Shown here: piece after piece, positions 49,316 through 57,571 of the stretch
How positions within the stretch are numbered: the stretch's first letter is position 1
How the letters are laid out: each line of letters opens with the position of its first letter
Virus record (IMG/VR): IMGVR_UViG_3300011114_000654
Location: 1 to 59,001 of that record
Strand: one strand, 5' to 3'
Source: a virus
Lineage: Duplodnaviria; Caudoviricetes
DNA length: 59,001 bases
The notes under the pieces: generated by a model
Told to the model about the DNA's origin: nothing
Database searches by the model: none
What the model saw: only the letters and a program-made list of their open reading frames with translations
Program-made: the position numbers and the translations under genes

Positions 49316-49489
49316 TTACTTAGCCTTACCTAGGACTTTCTTTAGTCTAGGGTTCTTCGCCTTGGCGGCAGGACTAGCCTTACGTGCAGAAGTTGCAAGA
49401 ATGGCACCAGCACTATCCATAGAGATTCCTTGCTTTTTAGCAATCTCTGCTTGAACTACTTTGAATCCACGATGCGCTTTAGTTTTCAT
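49316..49489 (-). CDS. small basic protein (57 aa)
   Basis: Translated by hand: MKTKAHRGFKVVQAEIAKKQG...AGAILA...NPRLKKV; GAGG RBS. Confidence 0.65.
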   Translation of the reverse strand: MKTKAHRGFKVVQAEIAKKQGISMDSAGAILATSARKASPAAKAKNPRLKKVLGKAK

Positions 49490-49499
49490 TCGTACCTCA

Positions 49500-49748
49500 C
49501 TAACAATTCCAAGCCCGTAAAGACTTATTGATTCTACTGTTAGGGTCTTTTGCTACTTCAGGCGATGTGTTCTTCTCACGCATTCCAGTCATACGACTAC
49601 AGAATGATTTACGGCGAGCAGCATCTTTTGGCGTTTTAGGCTTAGGAGCTGGTGGCTTCAAGTTAGCACCCGTAGTCTTCTTGAAATGCGCTCTACCAGC
49701 TGCATTCAATCCACCCTTGGGGTTCTGATATTTCTTTACGACGCCCAT
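49500..49748 (-). CDS. DUF6321-like basic protein
   Basis: NPKGGLNAAGR...RRKSFCSRM.G...DPNSRINKSLRAWNC. Confidence 0.8.
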   Translation of the reverse strand: MGVVKKYQNPKGGLNAAGRAHFKKTTGANLKPPAPKPKTPKDAARRKSFCSRMTGMREKNTSPEVAKDPNSRINKSLRAWNC

Positions 49749-49800
49749 AATCGGATTGTAACGTATATGCTATCTAATGCATACCTGATAAACTTGTCAT

Positions 49801-50160
49801 ATGGCACAAAAATTAATCACTTCAACTGATGACCCTTTGTACATCAATGCAATCGTACACCTAGCCAACCTTCTCGATGAACGTACATTTGGGACACCTA
49901 TGGGTGTATCCCCTAAATGGAAAGAGAAGTTTATGGGAAAGCAATATTGTGAAGATGGATGCATTAATGGACGTTGTCCTGGTCATACACTCATCTGCAA
50001 TCTAGGGACAATCGTAAAGCATCCAACATACTCATTCTTTGTATTTCATAGGGAAGATTACTCAAACGGTAAAAATCAAAGCGTGATTTACTTCTATGAA
50101 GATGAGGCAAAGGCTGAAACGCAGTTCAACACACTAAAGAGGAGAGCAAGGGATGTATGA
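49801..50160 (+). CDS. hypothetical protein
   Basis: 119-aa ORF coupled to the HTH gene. Confidence 0.6.
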   Translation: MAQKLITSTDDPLYINAIVHLANLLDERTFGTPMGVSPKWKEKFMGKQYCEDGCINGRCPGHTLICNLGTIVKHPTYSFFVFHREDYSNGKNQSVIYFYEDEAKAETQFNTLKRRARDV

Positions 50161-50386
50161 CAACCTAACGCCTAAAGAGCATACGATTTTGAATCTTATG
50201 GCAATAGAGCGCATGACCGTAAATGAAATAGGTGAGAAACTACTCATCTCTAAACGGACTGTCCATTATCATCTTCAGAACATCTACAAGAAACAGGGCT
50301 ATGAACCTAATGCTAGGTCTCAGATGAAGCTTGCCCTTGAATATGCAGATTATGTATCAAAGCAACTTGCCAACAAAGAAGACTAA
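50153..50386 (+). CDS. LuxR/GerE-type HTH transcriptional regulator
   Basis: LTPKE..IL.L....TVNEIGEKLLISKRTVHYHLQNIYKK. Confidence 0.88.
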   Translation: MYDNLTPKEHTILNLMAIERMTVNEIGEKLLISKRTVHYHLQNIYKKQGYEPNARSQMKLALEYADYVSKQLANKED

Positions 50387-50394
50387 GGTATAAT
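50367..50394 (+). promoter_or_regulatory. sigma70-type promoter of the predicted sRNA
   Basis: TTGCCA-N16-TATAAT with no plus-strand ORF downstream. Confidence 0.7.
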
Positions 50395-50400
50395 CCTACT

Positions 50401-50480
50401 GTCTGATACCTACCTACCTTACCTTTCAGGCAACCTATCCAGAGCCAGTCGTACTCCCAGCGGCTGGCTCCTCCTTATTT
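50401..50480 (+). ncRNA. predicted antisense sRNA complementary to the early-gene RBS motif
   Basis: 5' stem GTCTGA/TCAGGC with loop TACCTACCTACCTTACCTT; 3' 10-bp hairpin at 50442-50470. Confidence 0.7.
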
Positions 50481-50705
50481 AGGTTCATCAACCGAGATTA
50501 TCTCAACACCATCTATCTCAGATAACCTGAATATTGAAAGGTACTTTGATAATTCGTGTTTATCTAGGGACGATATTTCTACATCCCTTTCACTGAGCCA
50601 TTCAGTAAGCTCTTTATATTCTCTGTATGCACCAAGCATATTCAAACCATAACTAACAAGTGCGTATATGGCAAACCCGACGCATACAAAGAATATGTTA
50701 TCCAT
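50475..50705 (-). CDS. small membrane protein
   Basis: N-terminal hydrophobic segment; follows dUTPase. Confidence 0.55.
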   Translation of the reverse strand: MDNIFFVCVGFAIYALVSYGLNMLGAYREYKELTEWLSERDVEISSLDKHELSKYLSIFRLSEIDGVEIISVDEPK

Positions 50706-50706
50706 C

Positions 50707-51135
50707 TTAGATTCCTGTAGAACCAAATCCACCAGTGCGTTCAGCGTCTGCTGTTACACGACTAAGAATACTCACATCACACTGTCCAAATAACAACTGA
50801 GCAATACGGTCACCCTTGTTAATCTGAAAGCGACCAGCATCAATACTGTTAGGGAATTTAGCGAGGATAACTTTGATTTCCTGCCGGTAGTCAGAATCAA
50901 TGATTCCGGGCGCATTGAGTACGAATACACCATACTTGGCAGCAAGACCCGACCTTGAGCAAACAAGGGCGTAGTGACCATCTGGGAGGTCTACAGACAC
51001 ACCTGTTGAGACCACCGTTACATCACCGTCTTCTACAACAGCATCATTCAATGCATAGAGGTCAAAACCAGCTGAACCGGCTGTAGCTCTTGTTGGTACC
51101 ACTGCATCTTTGTCGAGTAAATTAAACAACCTCAT
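50707..51135 (-). CDS. dut: dUTPase
   Basis: AGFDL, RSGLA, GIIDSDYR, GDRIAQL, R.GGFGSTG. Confidence 0.97.
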   Translation of the reverse strand: MRLFNLLDKDAVVPTRATAGSAGFDLYALNDAVVEDGDVTVVSTGVSVDLPDGHYALVCSRSGLAAKYGVFVLNAPGIIDSDYRQEIKVILAKFPNSIDAGRFQINKGDRIAQLLFGQCDVSILSRVTADAERTGGFGSTGI

Positions 51136-51778
51136 CTCCTTTGAGTTCTTCTACGATTTCTGCAAGCATTGGGAATTCAACCTGGAACTGTTCATATATC
51201 TTATTCGCCAAGTCTTCATGTTCACTCTGTGTACCGTTACCACGCCTTACGTCCATATAGTGAATCCAATCACGTAGACGTCCATTGGCATATAGCGTAG
51301 TGGGCGCACATTCAGGCAGTATGGCACGAGCGGTTTCCAGTGCAACGCCAGCTTCTACAAGTTTGTCATATGCGCTTTCAATCTGCTGAATTGCATTAGA
51401 AACAATGCTGTCAGCATAGAGTTGCATATCCAAAGGCAGCTCAATAGATGATTGCCTGTTGTACGGATGTTTGCCACGCATATTTGGAGGCGTGATTTCT
51501 TCTTTGACTTCTGCATATCTTTGACTAAACTCCTGAACCTTGATGGATGAATGCCTAATGAACTGTCGGCTCACCATTCTAGAAGTATGAATCTCTATTG
51601 TCCAGTTAGCCATCTCAAAGATTGACCAGTGTTTATGTTTGATGCAATATTTGATAAGTCGTTTATTTGCAGCGTCTGACCTATCGTTCTGATTGCTAGA
51701 GGAAACTCTTGCACAAAAACATATATGTTCTAGTGCGTTGGGGGTTTTCCAAACAGTACTTACTTTGTTCATGTTCAC
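51122..51778 (-). CDS. thyX: flavin-dependent thymidylate synthase
   Basis: HWSIFE, RQFIRH(S)S...QEFSQRY, E.AR.ILP, TQ.EH. Confidence 0.93.
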   Translation of the reverse strand: MNMNKVSTVWKTPNALEHICFCARVSSSNQNDRSDAANKRLIKYCIKHKHWSIFEMANWTIEIHTSRMVSRQFIRHSSIKVQEFSQRYAEVKEEITPPNMRGKHPYNRQSSIELPLDMQLYADSIVSNAIQQIESAYDKLVEAGVALETARAILPECAPTTLYANGRLRDWIHYMDVRRGNGTQSEHEDLANKIYEQFQVEFPMLAEIVEELKGDEVV

Positions 51779-51793
51779 CCTATAAAATCTATT

Positions 51794-52285
51794 ATGCGTA
51801 AGTTATTTGAAACACCAGCCAATAGGAACTCTCAGTCATACGCTGCCCTGAAATTACAAGGGCGGCTGTTCTGCCTTTATGGAGAGTGCGATATCACCTT
51901 GATGCCTACAACCTGTAAGCACGACATGACCTGGTGGACACCATATCTATCAGGCATATGTGAATACAAGCAACGAACACATAAGTTTGGGACATACCCA
52001 GATGTGATGATTACTAAATCTAAGTGGGACTACCTGCGTTCCCATAATGGTTATTCCATTTTGTTTACCGAGTTTACAGATGGTGATTACATTACAGAGA
52101 TACAGGGTCTAGATGACTTAGATTCCAGACTGGCTGGACCAAGAGTAAAGAGGAATGAGTTTGACGAAGCTTTGTCCGTTTTCATTCCTCTCAAGCATTT
52201 CATAAGCCTTTCGGCTTGGTACCCTAAAGGCTATCAGGCGAATGGGTCTTCAATTTCTTCAACTGAATCTGCTGAAGACGAATGA
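51794..52285 (+). CDS. putative PD-(D/E)XK nuclease
   Basis: D...CEYKQR...YP..MI...KW pattern. Confidence 0.55.
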   Translation: MRKLFETPANRNSQSYAALKLQGRLFCLYGECDITLMPTTCKHDMTWWTPYLSGICEYKQRTHKFGTYPDVMITKSKWDYLRSHNGYSILFTEFTDGDYITEIQGLDDLDSRLAGPRVKRNEFDEALSVFIPLKHFISLSAWYPKGYQANGSSISSTESAEDE

Positions 52286-52629
52286 GATGTTGGCTGTTGA
52301 GTTCCACCCTCAACCTTAGTTTTTCCGCTATCCAAAGGCTGAATCGAATCAGAAACAACTTCCCAAACTTTACGCTGAGTGTTGTCTTTATCAGTATATT
52401 GACGAACTTGTAGACGCCCTTCAATAGCAACAAGTCTGCCCTTAGAAAGGTAAGTAGCAGCAAAATCAGCAGACTGCCCCCAAGCGGTAACATCAAAGAA
52501 ATCAGTTTCCTTTTCCCGCCCTTTTCGGTCTACTGCTACACGTAAGTTTGCTACACCCTTGCCAGACTGAGTCATGCGATGCTCAGGGTCAGCAACCAAT
52601 CGACCAATCAGAACGACTCTATTCAGCAT
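52234..52629 (-). CDS. ssb: single-stranded DNA-binding protein
   Basis: LNRVVLIGRL.ADPE, KGRLVAIEGRLQ, acidic DPFA tail. Confidence 0.96.
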   Translation of the reverse strand: MLNRVVLIGRLVADPEHRMTQSGKGVANLRVAVDRKGREKETDFFDVTAWGQSADFAATYLSKGRLVAIEGRLQVRQYTDKDNTQRKVWEVVSDSIQPLDSGKTKVEGGTQQPTSHSSSADSVEEIEDPFA

Positions 52630-52924
52630 CAGTAACCTCTGGATTCAACACGACTGTGTAAGGTTGATTATGGACTTGCATCGAGCGGATAGCCAACTCT
52701 GCAAAGTCAAGCATAATCTTCATAGGAACTTTTGCTTCGTAGTTACGAATGTACATCCAAGCTTCACCAGCTGATACAGCCGAAACCATCTCAGTGCTGT
52801 CTACCGTTTTGATTGACACATCATAGGTACCAGGAACCTTAGGGTTGATTTCAACCTCTGCATCCGAATCCCTTGAAAAGGAAATAACTTTCATCACTGT
52901 ACTCCTCTGACAGATACCTGTCAT
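52619..52924 (-). CDS. hypothetical protein
   Basis: ORF upstream of ssb; start probably MKVISF. Confidence 0.6.
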   Translation of the reverse strand: MTGICQRSTVMKVISFSRDSDAEVEINPKVPGTYDVSIKTVDSTEMVSAVSAGEAWMYIRNYEAKVPMKIMLDFAELAIRSMQVHNQPYTVVLNPEVTDAE

Positions 52925-52946
52925 CAGTGACAGTATACCACAATAG

Positions 52947-53204
52947 TTATTTGACGCTTCTGTCAGGGTTTCTTTTGAAACTGCGATTGGTCGCAGGTTT
53001 CACCAACCGTAGGTTGGAAGGTGCATTAGTACCACCTTTTGAAAGTGGTTTCTTGTGGTCGATGTCTTTACCCTTACGGTCTACCCCGTTAGCGTCCATA
53101 GCCCTACGAGCCTTCTGGCGTTCCATACGGGTAGGGTGTTCACCTCTAGCGACTTGCTGTGCGTATTCCTTTTTGTAGGGTCTCTCTTTGTTCACGTATG
53201 GCAT
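52947..53204 (-). CDS. small HNH endonuclease
   Basis: DIDHKKPLSKGGTN..SNLRL....NRS. Confidence 0.85.
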   Translation of the reverse strand: MPYVNKERPYKKEYAQQVARGEHPTRMERQKARRAMDANGVDRKGKDIDHKKPLSKGGTNAPSNLRLVKPATNRSFKRNPDRSVK

Positions 53205-53273
53205 AGCCAAATCATAACATAAGCTCTACGCGCGTATTTATATATATACATATGTAATATGTATATTAATCTC

Positions 53274-53361
53274 TCTTGTTAATAGGGGTACTAAATTCTT
53301 TCCCCCTCAATAACCGGGATAGGAAAGATTCTTTCCAATACCCCTCAAAATACTTTCCCCC
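53274..53361 (-). repeat. inverted second copy of the origin iterons
   Basis: 21-bp and 15-bp exact reverse-complement matches to 9789-9809 and 9730-9744. Confidence 0.8.
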
Positions 53362-53439
53362 ACAACTGTCGGGATTTGATACATTTCGCACGTGCGTAAA
53401 CACCTAAATATTGGCAAAATAACAGGATAAAATCGCCAT

Positions 53440-53556
53440 ATGAGTACCGCAAAAAAGACTAATCCAACCCTTTGGAGTAAGGTAGTAAGTGACGTAAAGT
53501 CATCATCTAAAGGTGGTGATTCAGGTGAATGGTCTTATGAAGGTTATTTATTTTAA
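53440..53556 (+). pseudogene. 5' fragment of a DUF5872-like gene
   Basis: MSTAKKTNPTLWSKVVSDVKSSSKGGDSGEWS, then breaks off; 3' fragment at 54025-54075. Confidence 0.65.
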
Positions 53557-53558
53557 AT

Positions 53559-54017
53559 ATGTGTAATCAATACAAGGTATGCACAAAGTGTAAAGAGTCT
53601 AAGTTAATAAGTTCATTCAGGAGTAGGGGTGGAAATCTTTCACATTTACTAAAAAGCCACTGTAATACCTGTTTGTATAAAACTCATAAAAATTGGGTCA
53701 GTAATAATCAAGATAGAGTTGATGAGTATAGAGAAAGAGATAGTTGGACCTTAGTTAAACGATGTGCTAGATATGATTTAAGTCCTGAGCAATTTATTGA
53801 CAAATACGAAAGACAAGAAAGGTGTTGTGCAATTTGCCACTCTGAAATAAATATAGTTGATAGTGCAATTGACCATAATCATATAACTGGAGAGTTTAGA
53901 GGAATCTTATGCAAACAATGTAATAGAGCATTGGGTATGTTTAAGGATAGTCCTACTGTTTTGAGAAATGCATTGGAGTACTTAGAATCATATGGTAGTT
54001 ATGGTGATGAGGATTAA
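53559..54017 (+). CDS. endonuclease VII-like (homing-type) nuclease
   Basis: CxxC...CAIC...IDHNH.TG..RGILC..CN..LG.F.D; AT-rich relative to the genome. Confidence 0.9.
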   Translation: MCNQYKVCTKCKESKLISSFRSRGGNLSHLLKSHCNTCLYKTHKNWVSNNQDRVDEYRERDSWTLVKRCARYDLSPEQFIDKYERQERCCAICHSEINIVDSAIDHNHITGEFRGILCKQCNRALGMFKDSPTVLRNALEYLESYGSYGDED

Positions 54018-54098
54018 TTTATAATTTGTAGCGCAACCTAAGACGGTTGCAAAGAAGGTTGCTAAGTTTAGATAACACTTGTACAATTACCAGTGAGT

Positions 54099-54171
54099 AG
54101 CAGGGTAGTCTATTTGGTAAAACGTGTGTTCCGGACACTAGGATAGGTAGGTTCAAATCCTCCCCTTGCTA
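54099..54171 (+). tRNA. degenerate tRNA, anticodon CCG (Arg) as folded by eye
   Basis: AGCAGGG/CCTTGCT acceptor, TGGTA D-loop, GGTTCAAATCC T-arm; mismatches in the anticodon and T stems; no CCA. Confidence 0.55.
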
Positions 54172-54306
54172 CTAAATAGAACCGGGCAAGCCTCTGAATA
54201 TGCTCAAACCGCCGGGTCGCTTTACTAAAAGTCTTTGCTAAAAATATTTGTCGAGCTAAGTTAGCAAAGGTTTTTTACCAAGGTAAGTACTGGGAGATTA
54301 CTGAAT

Positions 54307-54522
54307 ATGACGTTTGGCGAAGTGTACAACGCTATTGCGGTAGGTAAGAAAGTATCTCGTGTTCACTGGGACAGTGACAAAGCGTACCTTCGTTGGTCTG
54401 AAGCATTCAACGCTTTTGTATTTACCATAGACAAGCACGAAACCATCCTAGAAGGCATCACTATTCCTACTGAAGACTTCTTCGCTGATGACTGGATTGT
54501 GATAGAGGAACCAGCTTGGTAG
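54307..54522 (+). CDS. DUF2829 / Tad2-like protein
   Basis: MTFGE...AI..GKKVSRVHW ... EDFFADDWIVIE. Confidence 0.75.
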   Translation: MTFGEVYNAIAVGKKVSRVHWDSDKAYLRWSEAFNAFVFTIDKHETILEGITIPTEDFFADDWIVIEEPAW

Positions 54523-55781
54523 ATAAGTATTCCCTCCATCTAGGCAACTGCCTTGACACACTCAAAGGTATCCCGGACAACTCAGTAGACTCTATTGTTA
54601 CTGACCCACCATACGGTATATCCTTCATGTCCAAGAAGTGGGATTATGACGTACCAAGTGTTGAGATATGGCGTGAATGTTTACGTGTACTCAAGCCTGG
54701 CGGCTACTTACTATCGTTTGCTGGAACACGTACACAGCACCGAATGGCAGTCAATATTGAAGACGCAGGGTTTGAAATACGTGACATGATTGCGTGGGTT
54801 TACAGCAGCGGATTCCCTAAATCACATAACGTAAGCTGCGCTATTGACAAGTCATTTGGTCATCCTAATAGAGGCAGAGCAATCCCTACAGCCTCTACAT
54901 ATCAAGCTTCAGACGTTGATAAAGAGAACAAATTGACCAGTAATGAGGTCACTCCATACGAACCACTAACTGATGAAGCAAAGGATTGGCAAGGCTGGGG
55001 GACAGCTCTTAAACCCGCCTGCGAGCCAATCACAATGGCACGTAAGCCACTTGAGGGTACAGTGTCTAATAACGTACTCAAGTATGGTGTAGGTGCTATC
55101 AATATTGATGCCACACGTGTCCCAATGGATGAAGATGACTTCAATAAACTATCTGCTGGCGTAGATAAGATACGTGAGCGTGGTGGTGTAATGGACAACT
55201 CTTGGAAGAACAGTAGTGACCTATCAGGGGCTAATCCTGCTAACCCTCTAGGCAGATGGGGAGCTAATCTTATACATGATGGCTCACAAGCAGTACTAGA
55301 CCTATTCCCTGATGCAAAGGGTGGTTCGTGGGTACAAACCGATGGTGCTAGACATTTCAACAATAACGGAAAGGCTACATCTCCACGAAGGTTAGGTGAT
55401 GATAAATCAATAGGTTCAGCTGCTAGGTTTTTCTACTGCTCTAAGTCCAACAAGCGTGACCGGAACGAAGGTCTTGAAGACCTAGAGCCTAAGCAATACT
55501 CACATGATGGTAGAGAGAAACGTAACGAAACAGCCTATCAACGTAACGATAGCGTAGCCTCAAACCACCATCCAACGGTAAAACCTACAGACCTAATGCG
55601 TTATCTAGTACGAATGGTAACTAGACGTGGGGGTACAGTATTAGACCCATTTATGGGTAGTGGTACTACAGGTAAGGCAGCAATGCTTGAAGGTGTTAAC
55701 TTCATAGGGTGTGAGCTTGACGAAGAGTATCTCAAAATAGCTGAAAAGCGTATTCAGCACGAGTTAAACAAGCAAGCCTGA
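54516..55781 (+). CDS. DNA methyltransferase (N6-A/N4-C, beta class)
   Basis: DPPY, HPTVKP and VLDPFMGSGTTG motifs. Confidence 0.93.
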   Translation: MVDKYSLHLGNCLDTLKGIPDNSVDSIVTDPPYGISFMSKKWDYDVPSVEIWRECLRVLKPGGYLLSFAGTRTQHRMAVNIEDAGFEIRDMIAWVYSSGFPKSHNVSCAIDKSFGHPNRGRAIPTASTYQASDVDKENKLTSNEVTPYEPLTDEAKDWQGWGTALKPACEPITMARKPLEGTVSNNVLKYGVGAINIDATRVPMDEDDFNKLSAGVDKIRERGGVMDNSWKNSSDLSGANPANPLGRWGANLIHDGSQAVLDLFPDAKGGSWVQTDGARHFNNNGKATSPRRLGDDKSIGSAARFFYCSKSNKRDRNEGLEDLEPKQYSHDGREKRNETAYQRNDSVASNHHPTVKPTDLMRYLVRMVTRRGGTVLDPFMGSGTTGKAAMLEGVNFIGCELDEEYLKIAEKRIQHELNKQA

Positions 55782-55840
55782 CTATATTGAATGTGCTGGC
55801 ATCAGTTACCAATCCAAGGTTATTAATACCAGCACACTCT

Positions 55841-55937
55841 AGAACTACTGACGGATTCCAACCGTCCTACCCCTAATAATAAGGATAGACTGCCGCCAGG
55901 CTTATAGGCAACCGTTGCGTGGGTAGCGAGTAGTTCT
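55841..55937 (-). ncRNA. tRNA-like structured RNA candidate
   Basis: 9-bp closing stem, GACGG-TTGGAAT-CCGTC T-arm, two further stems with G-U pairs on the minus strand. Confidence 0.45.
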
Positions 55938-56232
55938 TACTAGTAAGTCTATCATATAGTGGTAAGTTTACCAGTATAGATGTATACTATGTTTGCTATC
56001 GAGAGATAGTGAACGAAAAAGAAAGTCTCCAGAAAACCTTCTATTGTTCATAGATATAGGCATATCAATTTGTTGGGATTAAATAATCAACTGTGCTGGA
56101 TTAGCTGGTATGCCTGTATCGACTACTCCCTAACACCAAAAAAACCACTAATCTCTTAGTGGCTCTTCTGTTTGGTTGTGAGTTGTTGTTCTTGTTGATG
56201 CTCACCTTGCGGTGGCAGTTCATTCTAGCACA

Positions 56233-56604
56233 CTATGTTGGTTTCACACCAGTGCCGTCATACGGTTTAGCGTGACCGTTGATACCAAGCATCTGAGCTA
56301 AGTCCTCACCACATGACGATACGTCACCTAGTATGCGTCCATACTTATCCTTCTTGTAGTTCTTCACACTAACAATGATAGGGACGCCTTCAGCCTTACT
56401 CTCTACCCAGTTCTTGGTAAAGCCTCTAGCGTTCACTCCAGCCTCTGTACTGACCTCAGGGCAGTCAACCTTTGCCAGGCGTACCTTCATCCCTATCAAA
56501 GCTACACCGAACCCTAGGTCTATATCTGCCTCCAGCGTGTCACCATCTACTACCCTTACATTACGCAGCACGTAGTTATACAAGGTACTTATCTTCTTAC
56601 TCAT
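56233..56604 (-). CDS. thermonuclease (SNase-like)
   Basis: RVVDGDT, VRLAKVDCPE, DKYGRILG. Confidence 0.9.
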   Translation of the reverse strand: MSKKISTLYNYVLRNVRVVDGDTLEADIDLGFGVALIGMKVRLAKVDCPEVSTEAGVNARGFTKNWVESKAEGVPIIVSVKNYKKDKYGRILGDVSSCGEDLAQMLGINGHAKPYDGTGVKPT

Positions 56605-57182
56605 AGGGACATACTACAGCGTCACAATCTATCCACCAACTGGATAATATCTATCCATTAGCACGAAGTGCGTGGGCGTACTGCATACCTATCTGAATAG
56701 CATAGCCTTGATACGCACACCATACGCAGCCTTACAATACACGCTACTACAGCACTACCTATCAATCTTCTACCTACGTATATATTGAATCTAACAGTAT
56801 TTGTACACCTTACAATTAGAGTAGATGGATAGGAAAGATTCTTTCTAGTTGTTACACTTAGCAAGTATGTAGTAGTAGGAGTTAGTTTCTACGATGGGAG
56901 AAAGGTAGATGTGGATAGGATAGGGATGTAAATGTCGGAGTCCCCCCCTACCACACTGCGCACTGGGGTGGGAGCTTGCCTTACCCCCTCCCCCTAGTCA
57001 GCAGATTGGAAAAAAGGGAGTCCTCATTTTCTACCTAGTCCGCAGATTGGACATACCAGCTGGTGGATTCCGCTGCGGGTGGTAAACAATAATTTCAAGC
57101 TTAGTGTATGCAACAATTGTGTATAGAATGGAACGCGCGCGCGTGATAGCACGATCGATTCCATTTGTCAAGCTTTTACCAG

Positions 57183-57233
57183 TGTGAAATTGTTCACATT
57201 GTAAATTGTGGTGCATGCTGTACAATCCAGTGT
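57183..57233 (+). promoter_or_regulatory. first early promoter: consensus CRP-type box plus -10
   Basis: TGTGA-aattgt-TCACA at 57183-57198; TACAAT at 57221-57226. Confidence 0.7.
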
Positions 57234-57264
57234 GTGGAAAGCTTGGTAGGAAAGGTTACAGAGA

Positions 57265-57513
57265 ATGAATAAATCGTACAGAGCGGAATTGTTGGAATTG
57301 GCATTATTTGCCAGTATGCAACGCTACCCTATAACAGCAAAGAGTACACCGGTTACAGCGGATACAGTCAACTTGTTAATCCGCTCTGGTGCTATCACCG
57401 GATGCACAATTGACGGTACAGCCTACGATTTCAACTGTACGGGTAGCATTTGGGATTCTTCCGAATATCGCGCACATAACCAAATGGTAGACGCAGGGAA
57501 CGTCAACGAATAA
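57265..57513 (+). CDS. hypothetical early protein
   Basis: ORF preceded by GGAAAGGT. Confidence 0.6.
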   Translation: MNKSYRAELLELALFASMQRYPITAKSTPVTADTVNLLIRSGAITGCTIDGTAYDFNCTGSIWDSSEYRAHNQMVDAGNVNE

Positions 57514-57571
57514 CTGAAAGGATACCTGCCGATATTCGCAAAGTATCGGCAGGTTTGAAAGGTAGGAAATT

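Noticed and set aside
53536-54024. Group I intron around the endonuclease
   Set aside because: Only ~20 nt of flank on the 5' side and ~7 nt on the 3' side, no catalytic core, and host-gene sequence is missing.
54595-54789. Nested ORF in the second methyltransferase
   Set aside because: Short, TTG start, no RBS and no recognisable motif, unlike the nested ORF in dcm.
55841-55937. Amber-suppressor or selenocysteine tRNA
   Set aside because: A CTA-containing loop can be drawn only with a weak stem and no U33; there is no UCA anticodon.
57183-57198. lac operator / vector contamination
   Set aside because: The match is limited to TGTGAAATTGTT; the site belongs to the phage's own four-copy promoter family.
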